A DNA stretch of 63,475 nucleotides, counting the filler, from Nemertoderma westbladi (taxonomy: Eukaryota; Animalia; Xenacoelomorpha), in the NCBI GenBank assembly GCA_032718475.1. It is 3 parts of 3 records of this genome, joined end to end, with 100 filler letters (N's around TTAATTAATTAA, not from the genome) between each part and the next. Parts side by side here need not be neighbours in the genome. Positions count along the whole stretch, not along the records: positions 29,101 to 51,896 come from JAUCBJ010005411.1; positions 51,997 to 63,475 come from JAUCBJ010000266.1; 1 more part is not named here. One strand, written 5' to 3'. The notes beneath the pieces were generated by a model. The model searched no databases and was not told the origin of the DNA. It worked only from the letters and a program-made list of their open reading frames with translations. The position numbers and the translations under genes are program-made. Position 1 is the stretch's first letter; each line of letters opens with the position of its first letter. Below, one piece after another: positions 51,344 through 63,475 of this stretch.

Positions 51344-51896
51344 TCTGGTCCTGGATTTGATATATATATATATATATTAATAAATAATATAAAATACATT
51401 CGTAAATTTATAAAAAGTTTACAGAATTTTTATAAATATTACTTAAATAAATATCCTTCTCATCGACTCCCATCACGCCTTCTTCCTCGCTTTGCGTGCT
51501 CCCTCACTATCCTGCGTCTAACATATTTCCTCTGAACAGCTCCGTGTCTCGACTTCCTGGGGCTGCTGGAGGAATTCGATTCCATCCAATGGTGCACCTT
51601 GCATGAGATCCCCAACACCCATCTGGACGACTCCACATGGGTACAATCCTGTTTGCCTGCGCGTTGTGGCGGTCTTGGGCTCTTGTCTCTCCTACTCCCT
51701 CTTTGAGTCTCCAGTGGACGCCCCCTCACCCCTGCTACAACCATGCCCTCACTGCATGGTCGACAATCCTCAAATCATCTGCTACACCACTGTCCACCAT
51801 GCCACCACCACCACTCGCGATGACTCCACCACCGCCACCTCCCGAGACACCACTGCCACCGACAGCGACGCTACCACATCCACCAGCGATGCCACC

Positions 51897-51996
51897 NNNN
51901 NNNNNNNNNNNNNNNNNNNNNNNNNNNNNNNNNNNNNNNNTTAATTAATTAANNNNNNNNNNNNNNNNNNNNNNNNNNNNNNNNNNNNNNNNNNNN
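51897..51996. other. Assembly gap / artificial contig linker
   Basis: N run with central TTAATTAATTAA. Confidence 0.97.
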
Positions 51997-53024
51997 CTAG
52001 CTTAGAGAGGTTGCCTTAGCCTTGCTGTCCGTATCGGCCAATAGAATTTGAGTGGGCGTTGATTTCGACCTATCCCAGAGCTACTGAACTGAATTTCCTA
52101 TCTCACTGCTCATCCTCTGTGTTGGATGGGAGCTTCGGGGAATAAGGGTAGTTGGTATACTCGTATAGTCATTCTAGTCATATGATTCTTCATATGATTC
52201 TGTTGTTATGTTCCCATTTTTCGCCATAACACCGGCTTTTGGGAATAACTCCAGTAAAACTGCTTAAATTATCGAAAGTATAACTGTTACCTTAACTAAT
52301 CAATCTTAACTTACTTAACTCACTATTAATCATATTGTTTGTACTGTTATTTACCGTCAGTTATTAATTGTATCTATTTGTTGATGGAAATATTGCTCTT
52401 TGGATAATACGGATAAATCACCCAAATTTCCCAATTTTCTTGATACACTACAGGTTAGAGAGACAGGCTATACATAACAATTGCGATTTATATTAATGTG
52501 GTGTGTATTGAATCTAATGTTATTTAGCAGACCCTACATGAGTCAATTGCTGCTCTCTTTACGTGTGATCAAATTTACTGACGGTCGGCAGAATAGTGTG
52601 CATGATTGTGATTGGTAACAAAGTATTTCCTAAAGAATACGCCTTATACTTTAATCATAAGCGGTATCGTTGCGTTTAGTATAAGTCCTAGTTCTGTTTA
52701 AATAGATAGAGCGCCACGTCCTAAAGGAACTGTTAATATTTCCCGAAAGCCAATAATATCTGTCAGAAATTAATTATTAACGATCTATCGAATAATACAG
52801 TAGGTTTACACTGCAACCTTACACTGCAATAATACAATTTAAGCATCCGAATTCAGCCTCCCGGGTGTAGATCCATCGGGTGAATGATCGCGCATGGGCT
52901 GACTTCGGCTAATGTTTTGTGTATTAGCATAAAATATTGTCGTATGCTAAAGGTGTTTTAATTAACTAAAAGACATATAAATTTTGGCAGGTTAAACTGC
53001 TAAAGGTCTTCAAAAGCGCGAACA
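51997..53024 (+). mobile_element. LTR of the solo-LTR family, 5'-truncated by the gap
   Basis: From ~52340 collinear with 48165-48845; ends CAAAAGCGCGAACA; the 5' part differs. Confidence 0.78.
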
Positions 53025-54079
53025 CCCTCTCTACCGGAGGCAACCTGAAGGCCCCTCTCTACTGGAGGCAACCTGAAGGCCCCTCTCTACCGGAAGCAAC
53101 CTGAAGGCCCCTCTCTACCGGAGGCAACCTGAAGGCCCCTCTCTACCGGAGGCAACCTGAAGGCCCCTCTCTACCGGAGGCAACCTGAAGGCCCCTCTCT
53201 ACTGGAGGCAACCTGAAGGCCCCTCTCTACCGGAGGCAGCCTGAAGGCCCCTCTCTACAGGAGGCAACCTGAAGGCCCCTCTCTACCGGAGGCAACCTGA
53301 AGGCCCCTCTCTACCAGAGGCAACCTGAAGGCTCCTCTCTACCGGAGGCAACCTGAAGGCCCCTCTCTACTGGAAGCAACATGAAGGCCCCTCTCTACCG
53401 GAGGCAACCTGAAGGCCCCTCTCTACCGGAGGCAACTTGAAGCCCCCTCTCTACCGGAGGCAACCTGAAGGCCCCTCTCTACCAGAGGCAACCTGAAGGC
53501 CCCTCTCTTCCGGAGGCAACCTGAAGGCCACTCTCTACTGGAGGCAACCTGAAGGCCCCTCTCTACCGGAGGCAGCCTGAAGGCCCCTCTCAACAGGAGG
53601 CAACCTGAAGGCCCCTCTCTACCGGAGGCAACCTGAAGGCAACTCTCTACCAGAGGCAACCTGAAGGCTCCTCTCTACCGGAGGCAACCTGAAGGCCCCT
53701 CTCTACTGGAAGCAACCTGAAGGCCCCTCTCTACCGGAGGCAACCTGAAGGCCCCTTTCTACCGGAGGCAACCTGAAGGCCCCTCTCTACCGGAGGCAAC
53801 CTGAAGGCCCCTCTCTACCAGAGGTAACCTGAAGGCCCCTATCTACCGGAGGCAGCCTGAAGGCCCCTCTCTACCGGAGGCAACCTGAAGGCCCCTCTCT
53901 ACTGGAGGCAACCTGAAGGCTCCTCTCTACCGGAGGCAACCTGAAGGCCTCTCTCTACCGGAGGCAACCTGAAGGCCCTCTCTACCAGAGGCAACCTGAA
54001 GGCCCCTCTCTACCGGAGGCAACCTGAAGGCTCCTCTTTACCGGAGGCAACCTGAAGGCCCCTCTCTAACGGAGGTAAG
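53025..54079 (+). repeat. 28-bp GC-rich minisatellite (CCCTCTCTACCGGAGGCAACCTGAAGGC)n, about 37 copies
   Basis: Directly visible array. Confidence 0.97.
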
Positions 54080-54311
54080 CAGGGTCGGATTTAGAGTGGT
54101 GGGTGGCCTGGGGCCGGGTCAGTGGTGGGGGGGGGGGGGGGGGGGCTGGGTCTGGGCTCTACTGTATGGGGTTTACACGTACGGGGCGCCGAGGAATCTC
54201 AAAGACTATACTATACTGAAAGACACAATTCTCTCTCGTTTCCATTACCGTAACATTTCAATCTATTTATTGCTAATACCTTTCAAAGAAACCTGAATGT
54301 AAATATATTAG

Positions 54312-54607
54312 TAGGGATGTGAGTCAGAAAATCTTTGGAAATAATCGTAAATTTCCTATACATTTTTCCAGAAATTTCCTAAACATTTTCCGGAAATTTC
54401 CTATTTTTTAATTACTTTATTTAGCACATTCTGAAAATATATAGTAAAACACAAGTACAGTAAACACTACTAGAAACAATCGATTCCTGCTTAAATATAT
54501 GTTTAGGTGGTTCGTTGTCTTGCCTCTAGTGGTCGTAACTACGGATGAAAAATACTTTTCCGGGAAAAATCCTTGAAAAAGATATTTCAGGAAAACTCAC
54601 ATCCCTA
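54312..54607. mobile_element. hAT-like MITE
   Basis: TIR TAGGGATGTGAGT / ACTCACATCCCTA; perfect 8-bp TSD TATATTAG. Confidence 0.9.
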
Positions 54608-56880
54608 TATATTAGACGTGGAAATTAGAAATTTGAAGCATGTTCCTGTTTCTATCGTATAAAGTTAATATCAGTAGCATGCAAACTCTTAAACTATGGC
54701 CGTTTCTTTCATTGAACACCAAGACAAGGCAATCTCTCTTTTCCGGACTATTAAACAAAAGAAAAGCGTTTCGGCGGATGAAGAACGACAATTCATCGAT
54801 TTGCTAATGGCTATGTCATCTTTATACACCGTAAACCAAGGTAAACTCATCGCCGCTCAGAACGACGCCATAGAGTCGAAGAACGAGTTAATTAAACTTC
54901 AATCGCGATCTTCCCTCGATTTAGACACCGGCACTGATACCGGTGCTAACCCACCATGCTCGAACCCTCCACAATCCACCGTTGCTCCCCCGGTAACAAA
55001 ACACCAAGCTCCCCCCGGTGAGGAGAGACAAACTGATCCCGAACAACTGTCAATAGTTACTGATCCTGTTGATCATCAAAAACGACGGACAAATCCAGTT
55101 CGCTGAGGAAATCGAATCAGTGGCCCTCTTCGTGCGGCTACTCGACCTGTTCCTCTCCATAAAGCTCACATACACATTGGCCGTTTAGACCCATCTGTAA
55201 CCGCATCCCAAGTCACAGATTTCCTTACAACTGAGGAAATTCAGTTTGATGATGTTATACCGGTTCCCCCGCGGAAAGATTCGCCATTCATAAGTTATCA
55301 CATCGTCTGCGACCAGGAAACCCATGAAACATTAATGAATCCCGAACTGTGGGAGTCGGGAATCTCGATACGATATTACCGGCTCAACGATGAAGAACGC
55401 GCTCACTATGGTGCACGTCCGCGGCAGCAACGGGAAAGACGCCAGAACTCTCCTCAAGATTCGGGTTACTACCAAGGTCCCCAGTAGCTTCTAATGATCA
55501 GGATAGGCCTAATCATAATGTACTGGTATCCCTGAAGTTATCTTTATGGAATGTAGAGGGATTTAGATACCTACATTCTCACCTTTCGTCTGCTGAACTA
55601 TATGGTTATAATAACATTTTGCTTTTAACAGAAACATTTCTATCGGAGTCACAAATTCCCATTGACTCAAGATATCCTTTTGTAGCACATATACAACCAG
55701 CCTGCCAACCTGAGCGCAGTCGCCTGCAAGGAGGACTCGCTATTCTTTGCCAGCCACACCTTCAGTGAAATCTGATAAAGTCTTGCTGCTCGTTTATGGT
55801 CGTAAAAACCACGATTGCTTATATCATTGTGTTCTACTTCGTACCTGAGACCCCTGTGGAGGATATTATCTATGCTGTAAATAATGCTTTAACATTCACT
55901 CTTCCAGACCTTCCTATAATAATAGGAGGAGACTTCAACTGCTGTATTGACCAGGGCCCCAGAGGACTAGATCTCTCCAACAGTTTAAACTCTCTCGGTT
56001 TTATACTGGAAAACAACCCAGCGGTTAGTACCTATATATCACCACAAGGATAAAGTTCAATCGACCTCCTATTTATCAAGCTAACAACCCCACTAACATC
56101 AGCTACAACTTCTGTTAATGTTTCTCTAAACCCCATTAGAAAACATCAAAGAGTTGTTACTATATGGAACTAAAACCCACTTCTTCAGACTCAACAACTG
56201 AAAATGTTCCTCGCTGATTGAATAGAACACTAAACCTCGAAGATTTACAATCCAACTTCCCATCCTCAATGATAAACTCACTCATTCTGAATGGTGAGAT
56301 TGACTCTGCTACTGATGCTCTAGCTGGTGCGATTTCCACAGCAGCGGAACCGACTAGCCACTTGAGTGCGCCCCACGAAAAGCCCTGGTTTGACAATGCA
56401 TGTAGAGAAGCCAAAACGCAGTTAATCGACTTAATGGAACAGCGCTCATCTTCCGACACAAACTCCGAGTCCTATTGGAACGCCCGTAAACAATACAAGT
56501 TACTCATAAAGACCAAAAAGGATCAATTTGAGGAGTCCCAACTGATCAATAAACTAAAACAGACTGAAATTACACCGTGGTCCCTCCTTAACAAAGATTA
56601 TAAACGCAATGTATCTTCTCCAATCTCTGTTGAATGCCTAGAAAACCATTTCCAGGCGTTACTAGGCGAGGCTGATAATCTAGATGGAACAACAGAAACA
56701 CCGGAACCCAGCCTAAGCGAAACACAAAATAATGAATGGTACAACACTCCCATAACTGAGAATGAGGTTGAAGATGCCATCAACTCTGCTTCTCCTAAAA
56801 AGGCCTCTGGTCCAGACGGAATTTATTATACTAGGTTTAGATTCAGAGACCAATAAAGGTGACAGAAAAATGGTGGTTTA

Positions 56881-56920
56881 CTGAGTAATATTTCAGCCAA
56901 CAGGCCTTTATCAAACTCAA
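56881..56920 (-). ncRNA. Second copy of the hammerhead-like motif, in the inverted pseudo-LTR
   Basis: Exact reverse complement of 58562-58601. Confidence 0.6.
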
Positions 56921-58561
56921 ACAATCAGATATATCTACCAACAGAGAAGCACAGTACAGACTCAGAATGCAATTCAAATTTCCCTCTAAAGACTATTGCA
57001 CCAAAAAAGAAAAGATATACAGTACTTCAACTAATTTAATGTTTCTAATTTTAATTGCACCAAATTGAAAAAATGATTGAAAAAAGTCTATTCTAAATTT
57101 TGTATCCAAACATGAACATGAAATAAACATGTTCGGTCTTACAACGGCTGACTTTTACGGTTTATTACAATTGGCTGTTGCTAAAGGTTATTTTCACTTT
57201 GAAAATAAATATTATGAGCAGTCACATGGGATGGGAATGGGGAACCGATCAGCGGCCCCTTTCGCTATTATCGTTAAAGAAACAATATTCCTCAACGACT
57301 ACCACTTGTCACCTGAGTCCTGGTTCCGTTTCCTTGACGACGGGTGGTCCACGTGGAGCCAAGGAGAGGATGAACTGGATAAGTTTTTGGAATATTTAAA
57401 CTCTTGCCACTCCACTATTAAATATACCATGGAGAAGTCTTTTTATAAATTACCTTTTTTAGATGTCCTTACCGTAGTTAACAACGATGGTTTGATCGAC
57501 TTTGAACTTTATGTAAAGCCATCAAATGCGGGAGTGCTACTAAACTTCTATAGTAAACATCCCAAGCATATGATCAGAAACACCGCGATAAACGCTATTA
57601 AGCGAGCTAACAACTACGGATCGACCCCGGGGGGTAAGAATAGAGGTTTAAATACTGTAAGAACCACACTGATTAATAATGACTTTCCAGTTGCCCTTGT
57701 GGATAAATTAATCTATCAGGTAACGAGAGGACCTTCCCGGAAAACAATTCAACATAAAGATACTCTCCCCTTAGCACTACCTTTCATCAACGATAACATC
57801 CTACGCAAAGTAAAGAAAATTATAGCAAATTCCCCTTTCCACAATAATGTAAGATTAGTCTCAATTCCCGGCCCAAAATTAAAAAATACTCTTACTACGT
57901 TCTAACATTAACAAACCCAAGTGCCCCGCCCCTCCTAATACTGATTGTTATACATGCAGTAACGGTTGTAGAAATTGTATTAAGAAGAACATAGTTTACC
58001 AACTTAAATGTAACATCTGTGGCGAAATGTACATAGGTGAATCATATCTTAGGGTTAGGGACAGGACAATGAAACATCGTAATTCAGTTAGATCAGGAAA
58101 CACTTCTAGTAGTAGCATGGCATCACATTACCTTTCAGAACACCCAAATAGTCTAAAAATACGAAATCCTTTTCAAGTACTAACTCTACGGCAATGTAAG
58201 GACTGGCCAGATCGAAAAATAGCACACTCTATATATATACATACAAAAACACCAAGCATTAACATACAGCACGCTAAAGATTTCGATACGGGATGGTAGG
58301 TAACATAAACATTATCACGGGTACAAAAAATTTCTTTATATACATTTTTTTATATATTTTTATAATATTACGACACACGCTAAATTTAGAATAGACTTTT
58401 TTCAATCATTTTTTCAATTTGGTGCAATTAAAATTAGAAACATTAAATTAGTTGAAGTACTGTATATCTTTTCTTTTTTGGTGCAATAGTCTTTAGAGGG
58501 AAATTTGAATTGCATTCTGAGTCTGTACTGTGCTTCTCTGTTGGTAGATATATCTGATTGT

Positions 58562-58601
58562 TTGAGTTTGATAAAGGCCTGTTGGCTGAAATATTACTCA
58601 G
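58562..58601 (+). ncRNA. Minimal type I hammerhead-like motif with atypical U3/A8 core
   Basis: UUGAGU [UUGAUAA-A] GGCC UGUU GGCU [GAAA] UAUU ACUCAG: stem I 6 bp, stem II 4 bp, palindromic AAUAUU in place of stem III. Confidence 0.65.
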
Positions 58602-61600
58602 TAAACCACCATTTTTCTGTCACCTTAATTGGTCTCTGAATATAAACCTAGTATATTATACTTAACGCAGTGACAAGGGCACGTTCTCACTTACTAGTCG
58701 GAATTTATTACGAGCACTTAAAAGCTGGCCTCCCGGCTTGTAGCTATTTACAATGCTTGTTTAAATGTCGCTTCTATTCCTCTCGGCTGGTTGATCAGCA
58801 TTATTAAAACTATCTATAAAGGTAAAGGAGAAATATCAATCCCCGACAACTACAGAGGTATCGCACTGATTATTGTATTTCTCAAGATCCTTACTTCGAT
58901 CATTAATAGATGAGTCCGATATAACGTGGGCCAAACTTTTCCCCAGGAGCAATATGGTTTCCGGGAAGACTGGTCAATGATTCAATCGATTCGGAAATTG
59001 CTCGAAGCCATATTCACAATACTAAGTCCAGATAGAGGACCTGATGATCAGCGATGCCATTACACTTTGTTTATCGATCGACTTCAGGAAGGCCTTCAAC
59101 CTTGTGAACCTGTCTATCTTATTGTTTCGAATCTACAATGAATTTGGCATTAAAGGAAAACTGTTCACAAAAAGTCTTCTAAGAAATTCCATTAAAATAT
59201 TTGATGGTGTAACATACTCCAAACTGATATTCAACTTCATGGAATTCTCCAGGGGGACTGTTTCTCCCCAACCTGCTTCCTCCTGTTTATTGCGGATCTA
59301 GGAAACTTTCTAAGAAATATTTCTTCAACGCTCAAATTCATTTTCTTTGCGGATGATTTAGTGCTATATTCATCAAACTGTGATGATCTACAAAGGGCCC
59401 TCGATGTTATAAATATTTGGTGTCTAAACAATGGTATGCAACTCAACTTGAAGAAAACCAAAATTATCAAGTTTCGAAAAGGCGGCCGGTTGGCTCTGAG
59501 TGATCAATTCACGTATGCGGGAGAAAAGGTACAGATTTGTAATAGTTAGGAATCTCTTGGAATCATCCTCCAGCCTTCTCTTTGCTTCTCTAAGCACATT
59601 GATAAAAAGAAAAGAACATGCTTCGGTGTCATCCGGTGTTTAAACAACTTGCAACTTGTTTTTATATCAACTGGATTAAAGATTTTCAATATGAAGATCA
59701 AACCTACTGTAACATATGCTTTTACAGAAATCGCCATTTTCTTTACATTGCACAATCTCAAAGAAATTGATAAAATTAAATCCACGTTCTTAAAACGATT
59801 ACTGGGACGCCACAGATCATCCTCGGCTACTCTGGCACATAAACTGGTTGGTTTGCCGTACTTTTGTTGAAGAACTTGCTGCTGAATCTCTGGAAATTTT
59901 CAATAGGGAAACCCTGGCATACTGCCACGCTTTTCGCGAAGAGCGTGAAATTAACTTCATTATCCAAGGTTACTCCAACGGACCTGCATTCGCATCGACT
60001 TCTTGGCAAGAACGTAAGCAGAAAACTCGCCACTTAGCTACAGGGGCTACGGCCCATGGGTTCCACTGGAAACTGTGCAAGACCCGAGGAACTCTCCACG
60101 AGCCGACTTCCGACTGCGTGTGTAAATTCTGCACCACCTCAGCAAGCGACAGGTACCATTGCCTCACATGTAACTCGGGCCCCTCTCTCTCTCAGCGCTC
60201 TCCATTTTAACATAAGTGAAAAAATTTACTTATCTCGTTGTAGTTATCTATTGTTATTTATTGATTTTCTAATTACAGTTAGGAATTATGCTACATTGTT
60301 TGTAAATAGTACTGATTTTACTGCTTTTAACCCCTTTTTTACTCATACAGAGTGTAAATAAAATAAAAAAAAAAAAAAACATCTGATCAAAAAATGCAAA
60401 AATATATATAGTGAAAAAAATATAATTTAATTTGTTTTTTGTTTTCATATATTTTGTTTTTGTCTTTCATTTATTTTGTGAAAAATAAGTAGCAAAATTC
60501 AAAATTTATATGTTATGTTTCAGTTCGTTTCCGGTTCGGCTCCTTTAGTTTGTCGATCACTATAGTTGTGGGATCGTGGTCGGGGGCCCCCTGTGGTGGG
60601 GGGCCTTGGCCCCTTCGCCCCCCCCCCCCCCCCCCCCCCTAAATACGGCCCTGGCAGGTAAGACTGAGGCTCCTTTCGAAGGAAATAGTAAATCAGCCGG
60701 AGCCGATTCTTTGAATTCTAATGTTTCAAGATGGATTTCCCGCGGTTCAGACGTTTCAGTAGATCAGAGAACCCAGAGGTTTTAATTTCCGGACTAATAT
60801 CATGAAGCAACGATGCCGCCTTGATTTATTAATGGGTTATTAGTAAAACGTCGGTGCTGTTGGAACCCTTCTTCTTGCGTTCTTGGTTGGGACAGACACT
60901 GAAATCTCGTTTATATTATAATGAGATATGGTTTACATGGTTTATTAATATGCCAATATTTCGAAATCGCACATCGAATCATTCCAAACTTTATATATTC
61001 AACTACTGGACAACAATAATTGATAACTAGTTGCTTTTAAAATTTCCAATACATGCAAGTAGTTTCAAGCCATTTTGTGGTTATACACACACATATCACA
61101 CACACCCACTGTGTGTGTATATCCTACTGTATATCCATCGGCCTCAGCAAAAACTACCCAGTCTAAAGTTCGTTATTATTCGTGAGATAATTTTAACGCG
61201 ATAGAATATTACAAAATTATTATTTATAAGAAACTGTAGTTATACCTCTGGGACAATAATTATATATAATTAGTGATAATGTTGTAATAGTAATAAAAAA
61301 AATAATAATAAGGTTTTTCGAATTAGGTTGCCTGAAGATTATTATTTTAGATTGAGTTTATGTCTGTGGGCTACCCACACTGCTCATGTAGGTGGCCTTC
61401 CCACACAACAACACTAGCCCCTCAGGTGTTGGATACAATTAATGACAGAAAATTTTGCAAATGCTCTTTCATCACGCGTATTATTTTAATAAGCTGTAAT
61501 GCTAATGCATTATATTGAATTACATGTTGTGGTTGTCACTGCTTTATCGTGATTATGGGGGATGTGAAATAATATCCTGCTCATCAAAAACTACATAGTT

Positions 61601-61950
61601 GCTGCTGTCATTGGGTAGCTGTTTAGTTTACTGCTTAATATTTTTGAATAGTTATCCACTTTAAACATTAGAAATCAGTAGAGAACGGCCCAGAATGTCC
61701 ATCTTGATTCAGCACCTTCGTGGATACATGGAAATATAAAATGCAACATAAATATTCATAATTCATTCCACATATAACAATATTCACCATTAGGAAAGGT
61801 TAATGTTTGCTTTTCTAACTATATTAACATCTGTATGACGTCTATGCTTATAAAGTTGGTTAAACATACTGTACAACATCAAACATGGTCAAAAATTCAT
61901 TGATGCAGTATAGATTTAGTGATAAAAGACACATTGGGGATACCAATTAA

Positions 61951-62760
61951 GGGGGGTGGGGGGTACCAATTAAGGGGGGTTAATGGAGATTTCAAATCTG
62001 CAAGCATATTTCTTATACAGTTCTGGTATCTTTTCTCAAACTCAAGTAATTAACCAAAACGAAAGAGCTATTCTGATTTTTGACAAGCCTTCGAGCAGCA
62101 TGATATTTTTGACACCAGTATTGATTAAGGCCCTGTTCATAAGAAAGGCTCTCACGTTACAAATATTATTAAAATTGTCAAAAAAGTTGTTTTGTTATTT
62201 GTTTATATAATGCCATTGATGAATGGCATTATCTAAAATAGTTTGAAATGTTCATATCTCAGAATTACCTTTTTTTTTTCATGAAAATGGCATTTATCCG
62301 GGACTGAAATAAGTTTAAATCAAAAATAAGTTCAAATTTGGTACCCTTGTTCGGAATACCTTTGTCCATAGATCTTCTGAAAAAAATGTTGTCTTAAATG
62401 CTCTAGAGCCTTTTTAGATCAAAAAGGCCCAAAAATACCACTTTGTTGGCAATTATCCTAAAAGGGCTTCAGAGCATTTGAGGCAAAATTTGTATAGACG
62501 AATTGGATGCAGGGGTCTTCTGAACTTATTTTCTAAATTTCGACAAATTTAACAAATATTGGTAGAGCCTTGACGCAAAACGGCACTTTTGGCCATTACG
62601 GAGCCATTTTGGGGCCAATTTTAAAAATATTTGGTTTGGCTGTTCTTAAACAGTCCAAACGTTGTTTAGTAGCACAAAAAGTCATTTTCACCCAATTTTA
62701 GGGTCCAGAGACACCACATTCCATTTGGTGGTGCTACCCCCCCCCCCCCCCCCCCCCCCC
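61951..62760. mobile_element. Kolobok-like MITE (different family)
   Basis: TTAA-G-rich-TA...TA(C)n-TTAA termini; internal inverted segments. Confidence 0.55.
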
Positions 62761-62877
62761 TTAAACCGCATTTAGGCCTACACCAATTTCTTGGGAATGA
62801 TTATATTCCTTATATAATATTTTGTAGTGGACATTTGGGGGAAGTTGGGTGAACTGCATTTTATGTAGTGAATCCAT

Positions 62878-63475
62878 TTGCAAAAAACTGCGTTGCAATT
62901 AGATTTCAACTTTTCGATGTGGGTGCCACCTCAAAATTTGGTCCCCAGCAGAAATTTTTTTGAAATTTTCGAATTTTACAAGGTCATTTGTGAGTGAGTA
63001 ATTCTTTATGTTGGGGCTTTTTTCATTGATTCTGATTCGTATGGAGCACTCTACTACTCTATATAAGTATGTAAGGGAAGTGGTACGTCATTTTTGATGC
63101 ACTAAAATTAGGGCGTGGCACTTTAAATTTTCACAATTGCAATATTCGTTAAATACTCCGAAGATTTGATTTCAACGCATTTTTATGGGTTTTCTGGCCC
63201 GCTTAATCGATTGAAAGTAATATAGAAGACTCAATTCTTAGTGGTACATCATTTTTGGTGCACAAAAAGTAGGGCGTGGCAAGTAGGCTTACTACTTCAA
63301 ATTTTCAAAATTACGCCATTCAGAAAATACCACAAGGTTTTCATTTCAACCCATTTTTATAGGTTATCTGGACTGCTGAATCGATTGAAAGTAATATTGA
63401 AGCTTCAAGTCTTAGTGGTATGTCATTATTGGTACAGCAAAATTAGGGCGTGGTACTTTTTCAAAATTTGAATAA
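62878..63475. mobile_element. Diverged relative of piggyBac-like family A, running off the window
   Basis: TTGCAAAAAA..CGTTGCAATT.GATTTC.ACTT.TCGATGTGGGTGCC.CCTCAAAATTTGG matches ~9283 onward. Confidence 0.8.

Larger units (their letters stand above)
56829..58698 (+). mobile_element. Penelope-like element (5'-truncated RT + GIY-YIG endonuclease) with inverted pseudo-LTR
   Basis: YYEQSHGMGMG, WFRFLDD, LPFLDV, LYVKP; Cys linker plus IVYQLKCNICGEMYIGES; 56829-57100 is the inverted copy of 58381-58652; 12-bp TSD CGGAATTTATTA (56817-56828 / 58699-58710). Confidence 0.93.
54640..60379 (+). mobile_element. Near full-length degenerate APE-type LINE (ORF1 + endonuclease-RT), poly(A)-tailed
   Basis: ORF1 54696-55485 (HIGRLDP..T...SY.I...LW..GI.IR); ORF2 WNVEG, LTETF, GGDFNC, SSID; RT KASGPDGI, NYRGIAL, QYGFR, IDFRKAF, LQG, FADDL; poly(A) at ~60360-60379; 5' boundary approximate. 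Confidence 0.9.
54080..60653. mobile_element. hAT-like MITE expanded by nested insertions
   Basis: TIR CAGGGTCGGATTTAG / CTAAATACGGCCCTG; flanks GGAGGTAAG / GCAGGTAAG. Confidence 0.7.

Noticed and set aside
53025-54079. Hammerhead-bearing satellite (CTGAAG-GCC...GGC-AAC)
   Set aside because: Lacks A9 and the GAAA core and has no stem I or III; the resemblance is superficial
57890-57930. Selenocysteine or programmed recoding between the Penelope RT and endonuclease
   Set aside because: The stop is TAA after a simple 1-nt frameshift, with no in-frame TGA; most likely decay

Overview
AT-rich, repeat-dominated eukaryotic (probably invertebrate animal) genomic DNA in three segments joined by artificial N-TTAATTAATTAA-N spacers (29001-29100, 51897-51996). 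One host gene is supportable: a + strand spliced gene with two 123-bp phase-1/1 calcium-binding EGF exons (8990-9112, 13135-13257) and a last coding exon encoding a bulb-type/GNA-like mannose-binding lectin domain (14920-15278). Its 5' part was not found. Almost everything else I could assign is mobile DNA or tandem repeat. This includes a deleted Ty3/Gypsy element with both LTRs, a second Gypsy pol, BEL/Pao pieces, a solo-LTR family with covarying RNA stems, RTE/CRE/APE-type LINE fragments, and a Penelope-like element with an atypical hammerhead motif. It also includes TTAA-specific piggyBac- and Kolobok-like MITEs, hAT MITEs, a foldback-like element, an IS3EU-like transposon with a 17-bp TSD and a decayed HECT-like cargo gene, and 10-, 15-, 22-, 28- and 35-bp tandem arrays. 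No rRNA, tRNA gene or CRISPR array was seen. All calls are by eye with no database search. Boundaries supported by TSDs or splice sites are close to exact; the others are approximate.
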